Shown here: in pieces, positions 1 through 9,120 of the stretch
Position numbering within the stretch: the stretch's first letter is position 1
Layout: every line of letters begins with the position of its first letter
Translations under genes and position numbers: made by a program
Notes under the pieces: generated by a model
Told to the model about the DNA's origin: nothing
The model's database searches: none
Seen by the model: the letters and a program-made list of their open reading frames with translations, nothing else
Sequence record: MK905543.1
Length of the DNA stretch: 40,000 nt
Source of the DNA: Vibrio phage USC-1
Strand: one strand, 5' to 3'

Positions 1-1650
1 AGTGAAAGTAACTGGAGTAGGTTTCCATTGACCGTAACGTTCAGAAAGACGACGAATGACTTCCACACCCACGATCTCTGAATCACTACGACGTTGGATA
101 GAAATCATACCTTCTTTCTTAATGTAATCAACGTGATCGAACTTAAAGTTAGGATCACCCTTACCAACCGTTTCTACAATACGGAAGAACTCAGGTGATG
201 TGACTTCGTAGAAATCCAGCAACGATTGATACGCTTTATCATAATCTCCTGATTCACGATATTTCATAACTTCATCGTAAACGTTCAGGTTGATAAAGTT
301 GATCGAAGCTTCCATCAAAGACGCATAGATCTGGCGACGGAACGCCGGTGTGTTGTTAACGATGATCTCTGGGGAACGACCGTACTCATCAACAGGGGCA
401 TCTTCTTTCTTAAAGACTTTAACGATTACCCCTTTACCACCATTCAAGTCAGACAGCTTGAAACGGACTTTACCCGCTACGTCTTCTTTTAGGGTGACTT
501 TAACGTTCCAGTCCAACAAAGACTTGTTACGGTGTGTACGTTTGGTGAAGTTTGGTTTATTGAGAGCGTAGTCCTTGGTGACATTACCAAACGACTGATA
601 AATAAACGCAAGCAGTTCATTAGAGAACGGTAACGTTTCATCTGAACCAAATTTCTTGATCTGATGAATGTACCACATCTTTAATGTATACCACATGTTG
701 TTATCTTCAGTCTCATACATCTCCAACAGTTTGGTATGAGCATAACTTGGTTTCTCAACTCGTCGGTTGTTAGAACGGTCTTTAAGTCGCTCTGAACGCA
801 CTTCGATGTTCTTAACAATAGAGTGAGGTGGTGCATAGAACTTCACGTCATAGAGCAAGTCAGGCTTCATCAACGCCTTCTTAGTAAGAGACGCTAGTCC
901 AGAATTACCATCTCTTCGACGGAACGCCATCACCAGCCCGTCGTCACGAACACGCTCCCCGTTCTCAGGGAATGCCTTAGGGTTATCCAATGTACCATAA
1001 AGGTTAACTGGGATATACTCTGCTTCATTCCAACTGAACTTACGTACGTGTTCAAACATCACCATCAAACGGTCTAGGTAATCATCACGGACCATGATGC
1101 CGTCTTCTTCGGTAGACGGTAAGGTCATACCGGCTACCATGGTCTCTAGTCCGAACTTCCATTCCCCTGTATCATCTATACCCGGGGACTTAGCAAAGAT
1201 TTCTCCTTTAGCGTAGGTCGCCCCTTTACGTAAACGATTCAACATTTGTTTATCGTAGTCGTATTCAAAACCCACATAGAAGTTATGCGTATGATATTTA
1301 GGTAGATGTAGTACATCGTATCGTTGTAGATCTGCATCGAAGTATACGACGTGTATCTCACCCCAATCATCGGTACGCGCATCTTGAGATTTGATGGACT
1401 TACGGTAAATGACCAGTTCTACTTCCATGTTGCTTGGCGCAACAATCTTACGAGCATGATCACCGTACTGACGCTCAAAGCCAGAAGTGATACGACGTTT
1501 GGTAATGCCTTTTGCACGACATGATTTCGGAATCATGTTACCAGACATGTACTTACGTCCAGATGCTGCATTGTGTGGATTTGCAGCGAGGTTGATCGCG
1601 ATGGACGTCACCTCTGGTAAAATTTGGTTATCGATTTTATAGACTTTCAT
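1..1650 (-). CDS. Phage multisubunit RNA polymerase beta subunit, C-terminal half (partial, runs off the left edge)
   Basis: Manual minus-strand translation from ATG at 1650 is open to position 1 (MKVYKIDNQILPEVTSIAINLAANPHNAASGRKYMSGNMIPKSC...). It contains ...AKGEIFAKSPGIDDTGEWKFGLETMVAG... and ...VRFKLSDLNGGKGVIVKVFKKEDAPVDEYGRSPEIIVNNTPAFRRQIYASLMEASINF..., matching the bacterial beta pattern GDK.aGRHGNKGVIs...DG.pvDivLNPlGvPSRMNiGQilE. Not in the supplied ORF track because it lacks a stop in the window. Confidence 0.8.
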   Translation of the reverse strand, partial: MKVYKIDNQILPEVTSIAINLAANPHNAASGRKYMSGNMIPKSCRAKGITKRRITSGFERQYGDHARKIVAPSNMEVELVIYRKSIKSQDARTDDWGEIHVVYFDADLQRYDVLHLPKYHTHNFYVGFEYDYDKQMLNRLRKGATYAKGEIFAKSPGIDDTGEWKFGLETMVAGMTLPSTEEDGIMVRDDYLDRLMVMFEHVRKFSWNEAEYIPVNLYGTLDNPKAFPENGERVRDDGLVMAFRRRDGNSGLASLTKKALMKPDLLYDVKFYAPPHSIVKNIEVRSERLKDRSNNRRVEKPSYAHTKLLEMYETEDNNMWYTLKMWYIHQIKKFGSDETLPFSNELLAFIYQSFGNVTKDYALNKPNFTKRTHRNKSLLDWNVKVTLKEDVAGKVRFKLSDLNGGKGVIVKVFKKEDAPVDEYGRSPEIIVNNTPAFRRQIYASLMEASINFINLNVYDEVMKYRESGDYDKAYQSLLDFYEVTSPEFFRIVETVGKGDPNFKFDHVDYIKKEGMISIQRRSDSEIVGVEVIRRLSERYGQWKPTPVTFT

Positions 1651-1685
1651 TGGATTACCTTTGATGTTACTTAGGTTGGTTCACA

Positions 1686-1704
1686 CTTAGATAATATAGA
1701 CCTG
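1686..1704 (-). promoter_or_regulatory. Class-1 promoter-like motif (minus: CAGGTCTATATTATCTAAG)
   Basis: Shared motif, 36 nt upstream of the RNAP beta C-half start. Confidence 0.6.
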
Positions 1705-1745
1705 TTTTATATTAGGTCTTTGCTCACTCATTCAAAAGGTTAGTT

Positions 1746-2066
1746 ATGGCGATTGAACTACCCCCGACTATGGATCAGTTTTTTACTGACGAATATAAAA
1801 CCATGATCCGTTCTAATAAGGAGTATTTACTTTCTGTCGCTGGTAAGTACCCGATACAAGACTTAAGCTTTCTACACGCTCATCGTTATGATTTTTACCG
1901 TGTGCTATGGGAAAGCTTTAATGTACCTCAACACCTGCACTGGACTGTGGCGTTTTTAAATGACGTTGAAAATCCTTCACAGTACATAGGAGATATGAAA
2001 GAGGTACTAATAATTGAACCGGCAGTTATTAATAAGTTAGTACAACGCATGAACCTTAAACGTTAA
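1746..2066 (+). CDS. Hypothetical protein (106 aa), isolated plus-strand gene
   Basis: ORF with upstream AAAAGG-like RBS; followed by a perfect 13-bp hairpin at 2082-2113. Confidence 0.65.
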   Translation: MAIELPPTMDQFFTDEYKTMIRSNKEYLLSVAGKYPIQDLSFLHAHRYDFYRVLWESFNVPQHLHWTVAFLNDVENPSQYIGDMKEVLIIEPAVINKLVQRMNLKR

Positions 2067-2081
2067 AAATAAATAGACTTT

Positions 2082-2113
2082 CGTACCCACCTCCCTAACA
2101 GGAGGTGGGTACG
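2082..2113. terminator. Bidirectional terminator hairpin between convergent genes
   Basis: cgtacccacctcc-ctaaca-ggaggtgggtacg, perfect 13-bp stem between the stops of the 106-aa (+) and 208-aa (-) genes. Confidence 0.8.
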
Positions 2114-2118
2114 GATTA

Positions 2119-2745
2119 TTAAGGCAATAGTATTTCTTTATCTAAGTCAAAGGTGATGAACTCTTGCTCTAGTTTAGTATTGTAACCAAAGCGAGGGTAC
2201 ATGCGCAATGAAACTTTAGGGTCTTTAATCCATTTCTCCACTAACTCGGCTTTATCGCCTTCGGAGATGAAAGTCACATGTATCCCAGAGCGACCTAAAC
2301 GAATATCGATAACACGACAACCAATGCGGGCTTCTCTGTTATTGAAATGCGCAACAATGAGTTGCTTATAGCCTTTAACACCGTTCGCTGTAGCTTGGTA
2401 TTTTTCTTTATCGATAGGCGGGCGAGCTCCAACCTCACAAAGCATGCCTTCAGGAGATTCGATTCTCGCTTTAACATTTTTAATGATGTCGTCCAGTGTA
2501 ACCTCTTCCAATTTACTGAACTCGTTTGAGAACAGCCCGTAAACTGTCCAACCTTTGGTTGGGTCTTCTTTGTCCACTAAAGCCGGACGTAGGATATCGA
2601 TCGAACCACCATTTGGCTTTGGTGGGTTTTTCTCTAAGATCTCAGTAACGTCAAAGGAATCTTCTTCCATGAGTTTAAGTTGATATGCTTCTAGGTCCTT
2701 TGGATCTAGGGCTTGGACTTCAGCCGAGCTTAAGCGCTTTAACAT
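2119..2745 (-). CDS. Hypothetical phage protein (208 aa)
   Basis: Long ORF in the minus-strand operon, no recognisable motif. Confidence 0.7.
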   Translation of the reverse strand: MLKRLSSAEVQALDPKDLEAYQLKLMEEDSFDVTEILEKNPPKPNGGSIDILRPALVDKEDPTKGWTVYGLFSNEFSKLEEVTLDDIIKNVKARIESPEGMLCEVGARPPIDKEKYQATANGVKGYKQLIVAHFNNREARIGCRVIDIRLGRSGIHVTFISEGDKAELVEKWIKDPKVSLRMYPRFGYNTKLEQEFITFDLDKEILLP

Positions 2746-2811
2746 GTGGTTTCTCCGAAAAGTTAATGAATAAAAAGTAATCCCGGGAACCCGTAGGTCC
2801 CCGGGGTGTGA

Positions 2812-4227
2812 TTACCAAGTGGTCGCCGGTTCAGTGATTGGTTGACTTGGGGTGACGTGGTTGTAAGATAAAGGTTGCTCTTGGATAGCAGGGTTCATTC
2901 CGCCAGCCATGATAGCAGCCATTTGTGCTTGGTTCATGTTGTAACCATAAGGTAACATGTTGTTCATCATACCCATACCCGGCATCATTGACGACTCACG
3001 GCTCAAGAAGTTACCTTGGCGAGTGTAACGAATTTGTACCGGACCAGATGGTGATTGGACTGTGTGAATGAACTGACCAGTATTAGGGTCTTGAGAAACA
3101 CCTACCCACGTTTCACCCGGTGCTAGGGATGCGCGAACCAAAGACGCGTAACCGTCGTTTGCTGACGCCGTTTGAACTTCCGTTGTGGTACCACCACCAA
3201 CATGGTTAGTTGGTAGCACATTCTCAATACCCGTTGATTGATGAGAAGACTGACTCATTAAGTTAGTCACCATTTGTTGCGTTTGAACTTCAGCACGAGC
3301 GCTTTCAGAACCGCTAGACTGAGAGTTGTAAGGCATAGGTGGGACTTGCTTATAGATGACGTCAATGTCTTCCAACATCGTGGTGAACGAGGTATCGATT
3401 TCGTAAACACCCACTTTGTCGAAGTCTGCACGGAACGTGTTTTGGAGGTTGTTCATATCACCGATGACTGAGGCATATGTATTCACCAATACCGTGAAGC
3501 GTGCTGCTTCTGCTGAAGTTTGCTCTTGCTCGTAAGCCAATGGATCTTCAACACCCGGCAATACGAAACGGAAGATTTCTTCAGCTACCACCAACGCACC
3601 ACGAGAAAACTCACGACCCAAGATTTTAACCTGCTTATTCGCTGCTTCGCCTTCAGTGCGAGTTAGACGACGTACAAGTTCGTTGTAGAACGGGAAGGTT
3701 GGTTTACAGCTGTAGTAGATTTTGTCACCAGTGAGTTTACTGCGACCACCACGTTTGATATCAAAGTGGATGAAACGACGATCTAGGTTATCGTCTTCCA
3801 GCTCTACTGCCATGTGGTCAAGTAATCCTGCGACTTCTTTACGATGTCCCGCTTTAGCCGTCTTGATTACTTCAATGTGTTCCAAGAGGTCATTACGCAA
3901 GCCACGTTTGGCTTTCTTATTTGCAATGTCAAACAAGACGGGTGCAAACTTCTTGAAGTGTGTCAGTAGTTGCAGACCGACTAGTTTACGGATGATGCGG
4001 AAAATCTCAGTCTCTTTAGAGATGATGGATTCACAAGCTGGATGGAAGAACACGATGTCGGTCGTGTCTTGTTCTAGCGCTTCATTAAACGGTAGGTAAA
4101 CTGACATCCCGTCCAATGTGATCGGGTATTTGTTACCGTCCAGTTCCAACTCAAGCTTACCCATGTCATTATGAGTAGCGTTCCAAGTACGTGTAATAGC
4201 AACGTACAATTTATTCAGTTCGTTCAT
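2812..4227 (-). CDS. Conserved-looking phage protein of unknown function (471 aa), Gln/Ser/Met-rich C-terminus
   Basis: Long ORF with AAGGAAA RBS upstream of ATG. Low-complexity C-terminal half (MMPGMGMMNNMLPYGYNMNQAQMAAIMAGG). Confidence 0.8.
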   Translation of the reverse strand: MNELNKLYVAITRTWNATHNDMGKLELELDGNKYPITLDGMSVYLPFNEALEQDTTDIVFFHPACESIISKETEIFRIIRKLVGLQLLTHFKKFAPVLFDIANKKAKRGLRNDLLEHIEVIKTAKAGHRKEVAGLLDHMAVELEDDNLDRRFIHFDIKRGGRSKLTGDKIYYSCKPTFPFYNELVRRLTRTEGEAANKQVKILGREFSRGALVVAEEIFRFVLPGVEDPLAYEQEQTSAEAARFTVLVNTYASVIGDMNNLQNTFRADFDKVGVYEIDTSFTTMLEDIDVIYKQVPPMPYNSQSSGSESARAEVQTQQMVTNLMSQSSHQSTGIENVLPTNHVGGGTTTEVQTASANDGYASLVRASLAPGETWVGVSQDPNTGQFIHTVQSPSGPVQIRYTRQGNFLSRESSMMPGMGMMNNMLPYGYNMNQAQMAAIMAGGMNPAIQEQPLSYNHVTPSQPITEPATTW

Positions 4228-4312
4228 CAGGAAATTTCCTTGTTATATTGATCAATAGTGATGGGTTAACTCTGCAAGAAAGACGTGCACTTCCCTCTTG
4301 CAGAGACGGGGA

Positions 4313-5794
4313 TTAGAAGTTCATGTATTCTTTTAGGTTGTTGTAGAACGCACCCACAGATTGGTTCAGACCTTGTGAGGTAACCAGAGATGGGTCAAAA
4401 CGGTTACCCGCCATAGTACCGAACGTTTCTTTATGTGGGTTCTCACGATTACCGTGTAGTGTTACCGTGATAGTAGATTCGCCAAACAACGATAGGTTAG
4501 CTTCGAAATCCACAATCATACGGTCGTGAATCATTTCTGCGTTGTACTTAGTGTAGAATTGTGCAAGCAGTGTTTCAGTTGCTTGTGTCGCCAAGTATTG
4601 CCAATCAGGGTCTTTATCCACCATAGGTGCAGACTCACCCATTTGATATAATACAGGTAGACCGTTGATGACAATTTGACCCATGCCTTGTTGCACATCA
4701 TTGGTTGCACGAATGCTCAGATAAGATAGTCGATGACCATCCAGAATGGCATTGGCGATGTTGTTAAGCTCAGAACACACCAGTGTTTCGAATGTAGAAC
4801 CGCCCATAGCGTTAGAACTATAACGATGGTCAGCAACATCAAAACTACTCACGTCTGTTAGTTGGGCGTTGGTCACTTGGTAGAAGTTCTCAAATACCGT
4901 TGCGATCTCACTCATACTAAATCCAACGAAGTTAGCCATGTTCACATAACCAAGTTCACGACGCATTACACGGATAAACGGGTTATCTTCCAATGACACT
5001 TCACGGATACTGCTAAGACCAGTCGCCATGGAAATAGCTTCATAGCGGTCTTGACGCTTCTCGTTCTCAAACGACGCCGTTGCTGCTGCCGTTAAGATTT
5101 TGTTTGCGTAATCCACCGTGGATTGGTTATTAGACTTGGAGATGTTCATACCCGCAGTTTGTAACATACCGGTACTTGAACCACCAAAGCCGTCTAACAT
5201 ACCCGAAGGTTGTTCGTCATCGTCAAAGGCTGCAAAGGCTGATGCAGAGTTGATCACGTCTACCGGACGGATAGTGTGTAGTCCGTTATTAGGATTACCC
5301 ATTGAGTTAGGGTCGTTCAACAAGTAAGTACCTGATTGTGACATCATACGACTTTCTTGTGGAAACCCGGTATGGTCGGTAGCTACAGCGGTTTCCACCA
5401 TCCACATGCGGACAGGGACAAACATCGCGTCAGCTGGTAACGCACCACCGGTGTCAGCCGGTGAACCCCCATACATGTAACCGTATACTGTCAAGGTTTG
5501 CGCTTGCACCGGTGAAGCACCGTTGATAGCGAATTCAAAACTTGCTAGACCACGGGATGTTTGCCAGCCATCCTCGATGCCCGCTACACCGGACGCTTGA
5601 GTCGCAACGCCACCAGAACGAGCTGCGATGTTGTTCATTTCCGATGGAGCCACTAATGAAGTATTACCTAGACGAGCACCAAGTAATTGGTTGGTGTCAT
5701 CACCAGATAGGTTTAAAGAGTGCGCACGCATGTAGTGGTCGTGGTATTGGCTAGATAGACCGATAGTAGCGCGGATAAGTGCTAGTTGTGCCAT
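4313..5794 (-). CDS. Phage protein of unknown function (493 aa), possibly structural
   Basis: Long ORF in the minus operon (MAQLALIRATIGLSSQYHDHYMRAHSLNL...). No diagnostic motif. Confidence 0.8.
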   Translation of the reverse strand: MAQLALIRATIGLSSQYHDHYMRAHSLNLSGDDTNQLLGARLGNTSLVAPSEMNNIAARSGGVATQASGVAGIEDGWQTSRGLASFEFAINGASPVQAQTLTVYGYMYGGSPADTGGALPADAMFVPVRMWMVETAVATDHTGFPQESRMMSQSGTYLLNDPNSMGNPNNGLHTIRPVDVINSASAFAAFDDDEQPSGMLDGFGGSSTGMLQTAGMNISKSNNQSTVDYANKILTAAATASFENEKRQDRYEAISMATGLSSIREVSLEDNPFIRVMRRELGYVNMANFVGFSMSEIATVFENFYQVTNAQLTDVSSFDVADHRYSSNAMGGSTFETLVCSELNNIANAILDGHRLSYLSIRATNDVQQGMGQIVINGLPVLYQMGESAPMVDKDPDWQYLATQATETLLAQFYTKYNAEMIHDRMIVDFEANLSLFGESTITVTLHGNRENPHKETFGTMAGNRFDPSLVTSQGLNQSVGAFYNNLKEYMNF

Positions 5795-5844
5795 GGTTGG
5801 GTTTCCTTAATTTCGTTTTAAACGTTAATGATAAATACAAACTC

Positions 5845-7419
5845 TTACGAGTTAAGTTCTTTGATTAGGTTGAGGAATTCAGTTTTTAGGGATCGGTCGA
5901 GTTCAACTTCGAACAAGTCACCTTGGTCGGCGTTACTCATTATCGCTTCATCACCCAACATGTTAGGTTCGATGATAGAAGACCATTGACCGTTACCTAA
6001 GTTCTTCAAGAAGTCATTCGCTCCGATAACGGCTTCGTTATCTGTGGTTAGTGTGGATTGACCACGATACACTGCACAGATCGATTCTAACATTTCTTTA
6101 TCTGCACTGTCTAATGAGAAAATTTCATCAGTTAAGCTACGTGGTTGGGTTTCGTCATAAACCGTGCACACAAGAGTTGCTAACTTAGGATAGCCCATCT
6201 CGTGAAGTTTTACAGTGGCTAATGAGAGCGCAGCCATCAACTGATAATGATCTAACGACAGGTAGATGTTGTAAGAAATGTCTTCTTGGAAAACCAATTG
6301 GAGTAGTGTGTAGATGTGTGGTTGTAGTTCGAACTCCCAGTTACTTGGAATTTGGTCGTACACCCACTCTACCAGTTTGACGTTCTCGATTTTTAATCCC
6401 GAAGCCGGGATGTCAAAACGTTCAGTATGTCTCGGGTTGTCTTCGCAATCAAACAAGCCCATGGAGAAAAACTCAGCATGTGATTCTTCATCTGCCGAAC
6501 TCACTTCTTCTTTAAGGAAGTAGATCTCGTACAGACTGCGTTTCTCATTCATCTCATCTTTGGTGGTGAGTTTCTTTTCACGGATACGAGACGATGGTGC
6601 CGAGAACTGTTTGGCTACGGAGTACAAAGACTTGGCGATGTTCTTGCTGTTGTCTAAAGAAGGAATGTGGGTTGAACCGAGTCGGCTAAACAACGCAGAA
6701 TAAAATGCGTGGTTCACATACGAGTCTTCAGAAATCAAGGACAATTGTAAAGAGTTCACACCATTGGTCGAATAAAAGTAATTCATGTAATTACGAATCT
6801 TGATCCAACCATGATGGTTAGTGAACACATCAAAGTCTTTGAATAGTCCAGCGGTTACCACTTCTTTGTATTCGTCACCGGTGATCTCTTTTGCTTTTTG
6901 CATCATCCCAGAGATGATTGGGAAACTTGGTCGCATCAATAATGCGAGTTCAGCTACTTGCTCATACTCCGTTGGGTTGATGGTTTGCTCAGCGTGGTAC
7001 TCACCACGAGATACCGTTTCGCGCAGCCCTCTAGGAGGAGCACAAACACCTGATTGTTTTAAGTAATACGAGTAGTTACGCAGATCAACAGATTCGTAGA
7101 GTTCACGAACCAATGGAATTAAACGGTCGATCAAATAACGGTAATCACGATGGTTACGTAATAGCTCGTCATCCTTACCTAACGTTTCTGCGTAATCAGG
7201 TTCAAGGATTCCCTTAGCTCGCTTAAAGACATCAAACATTTTGTCCAGTCGGGCTTCTGGGATGGATTTGAAATACTCATTCGTGTGAATGAATAAATCG
7301 CCATCAGAGTCCCCACAATGAATCTTACTGTGGGCAGCGAAATTGATGGTTTCGCCTTTGTGGGAGACCACGATCCCTTTAAATTGAGAACGGGTTTTAT
7401 TGGTAATGTGAAATTCCAT
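5845..7419 (-). CDS. Phage protein of unknown function (524 aa); candidate accessory (fifth) subunit of the non-virion RNAP
   Basis: Clear long ORF. The functional suggestion rests only on size and location between the beta' and beta segments. Confidence 0.75.
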   Translation of the reverse strand: MEFHITNKTRSQFKGIVVSHKGETINFAAHSKIHCGDSDGDLFIHTNEYFKSIPEARLDKMFDVFKRAKGILEPDYAETLGKDDELLRNHRDYRYLIDRLIPLVRELYESVDLRNYSYYLKQSGVCAPPRGLRETVSRGEYHAEQTINPTEYEQVAELALLMRPSFPIISGMMQKAKEITGDEYKEVVTAGLFKDFDVFTNHHGWIKIRNYMNYFYSTNGVNSLQLSLISEDSYVNHAFYSALFSRLGSTHIPSLDNSKNIAKSLYSVAKQFSAPSSRIREKKLTTKDEMNEKRSLYEIYFLKEEVSSADEESHAEFFSMGLFDCEDNPRHTERFDIPASGLKIENVKLVEWVYDQIPSNWEFELQPHIYTLLQLVFQEDISYNIYLSLDHYQLMAALSLATVKLHEMGYPKLATLVCTVYDETQPRSLTDEIFSLDSADKEMLESICAVYRGQSTLTTDNEAVIGANDFLKNLGNGQWSSIIEPNMLGDEAIMSNADQGDLFEVELDRSLKTEFLNLIKELNS

Positions 7420-7532
7420 GTTTAATCTCCTATGGATTACCCTAAGATAATGTAGGTTTGAAATAATTTAGCAAAAGCATAAGAGGAAGAGGGACCGAAG
7501 CCCCTCTTCAGAACTACTTATCAAAAAGTAAA

Positions 7533-8249
7533 TTAGAAGTCGATATCGTCGAAGTTATCACCGCCGCCATTACCGCCGTTGTTGTTATTACCCCAACCGC
7601 CGTTGTTGTTGTTACCACCATTATTGTTGTTGTTCCAGTTATTGTTCTTAGGCTTAGGTGGTTGGTAGATTTCCATTTCTTTCGTGTTAAGAATGCCGCC
7701 CATGCGTTTCACGTAAGAACGAACCCACATTTGTGACATCTTGCCTTCTTTAGAAACCCACTCACCGTTTTCAAAGAACTTAAGTTCTGAGTGACCCGGA
7801 GCTGAGAACACGAACAGAATTTTGTAATCACCACGAGTGTAACCCATCGAGATAACACCGTTTTGATCACGGATGACAGTGAACTGACCTTGTGCTATTG
7901 GTTGGTCTGAAAGCTTAGACTGACCGTTTTGACGAACGAACTGGTGTTTCTTGATGGTGTACTGACCTTTAGTAAACGTCTCATCGTTTGCTGCTTCTAG
8001 CAACAGTTCAAAGATCATGTTACGGTCAGATGCTTCCATCTCACATTCTTTCTTTTTGTACGCTTGTTGGTCGTTAGGATTGTAGCGTTTATCATCCGCT
8101 TTGAACAATACCTTACCGTTGTTAGCAAATTCCCATAATGCTTGACCCGGGAACTTAGCACCTTCCACTGGTTGTGCTGTTTGAGGGTGAACACCGTAGT
8201 AGTCGTTCAGTGGAGTTTTTACGCGTGCGTTGCCGTTTTGTTGAGACAT
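7533..8249 (-). CDS. Candidate single-stranded DNA-binding protein (238 aa)
   Basis: Compact N-terminal domain, Asn/Gly-rich linker (PKNNNWNNNNNGGNNNNGGWGNNNNGGNGGG), acidic tip ending in aromatic residue (DDFDDIDF), the SSB-type architecture. Confidence 0.55.
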   Translation of the reverse strand: MSQQNGNARVKTPLNDYYGVHPQTAQPVEGAKFPGQALWEFANNGKVLFKADDKRYNPNDQQAYKKKECEMEASDRNMIFELLLEAANDETFTKGQYTIKKHQFVRQNGQSKLSDQPIAQGQFTVIRDQNGVISMGYTRGDYKILFVFSAPGHSELKFFENGEWVSKEGKMSQMWVRSYVKRMGGILNTKEMEIYQPPKPKNNNWNNNNNGGNNNNGGWGNNNNGGNGGGDNFDDIDF

Positions 8250-8322
8250 AGTCTTTTCTGCCTTAAATTGAATTAGTTAAAAATTTGGTTTTGTGCTAAT
8301 AAAGGTGCACTGGGGTGAAGGC

Positions 8323-9120
8323 TTACCAGAATAAGAGTAATCCTTTTTTGTCTACACCCGTTAAATATGTGTTGATCGAACTACGGCATCGTTGCGGAGT
8401 AGTCGCTGATGTCCAACCCGCTTTAACCGCTAGATCTCGCACCAGCTTTTTGATCGCATTACTCTGACCTAGGAAGTTCACTGAGTTATCCCCGAACACT
8501 TGGATGGTCATTCGGTTTAGTGGGATGTTGTAGTTGGCTGTTTCTTTACCGGTGAGTTTGCTGTTCCATTGCAAATATGGCTTAACGACACCAGAATGGG
8601 ATTCAAGCAACGTTAATCGACCCCAACTTTCAGTGTCTGCGATATCGATCGGATGGTGAGTAATAACGAGACCTTTACCTTTGAACGTCGGGAGGCCAAC
8701 ATCCGTAAGTGTCACTAGTGACGAATGGTCTTTAATAAAAGACTTCGCCACTTTTTCATATAAATCATTCAACGCTATCTGTTTAGCCGTTCTTGGTTTC
8801 CAGATATTGGCGTGTGGATACTTTTGACCTAAAGACTTATATGAAGGGTAATAGATCTCGACGTGGATAACTGAACGAGGAGCAATCTCAGTAATAGCCG
8901 AAGCTATTTGTTTAATATCCTCTAACAATGCCGACTTTAAAACATCAACGTCCTCTATTTGAGGATCGTCTTTAGAGAACGCACCGCGTACGTTACGTAT
9001 CAAGGTGCGTAAATTAATTAAGAAAGTGTCAGCCTTAGGGATGGCGTGTTTTCCCTCCTCTCCCTCAAAGGCTAGCGCAGTCCCGACAGACATCGGGAGT
9101 ATTTCACCTAAGGTTCTCAT
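8323..9120 (-). CDS. Hypothetical protein (265 aa)
   Basis: ORF overlapping the next gene by ATGA-type junction. Confidence 0.7.
   Translation of the reverse strand: MRTLGEILPMSVGTALAFEGEEGKHAIPKADTFLINLRTLIRNVRGAFSKDDPQIEDVDVLKSALLEDIKQIASAITEIAPRSVIHVEIYYPSYKSLGQKYPHANIWKPRTAKQIALNDLYEKVAKSFIKDHSSLVTLTDVGLPTFKGKGLVITHHPIDIADTESWGRLTLLESHSGVVKPYLQWNSKLTGKETANYNIPLNRMTIQVFGDNSVNFLGQSNAIKKLVRDLAVKAGWTSATTPQRCRSSINTYLTGVDKKGLLLFW

Noticed and set aside
350-571. Plus-strand 73-aa ORF
   Set aside because: Antisense to the RNAP beta coding sequence; shadow ORF.
3722-4099. Plus-strand 125-aa Ser/Arg-rich ORF
   Set aside because: Antisense to the 471-aa gene; composition typical of a shadow frame.
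5118-7066. Plus-strand ORFs of 69-81 aa
   Set aside because: All lie within well-supported minus-strand genes and lack RBS or motifs.
7560-7680. Tandem DNA repeat
   Set aside because: Caused by the Asn/Gly-rich linker codons of the SSB-like protein, not an independent repeat element.
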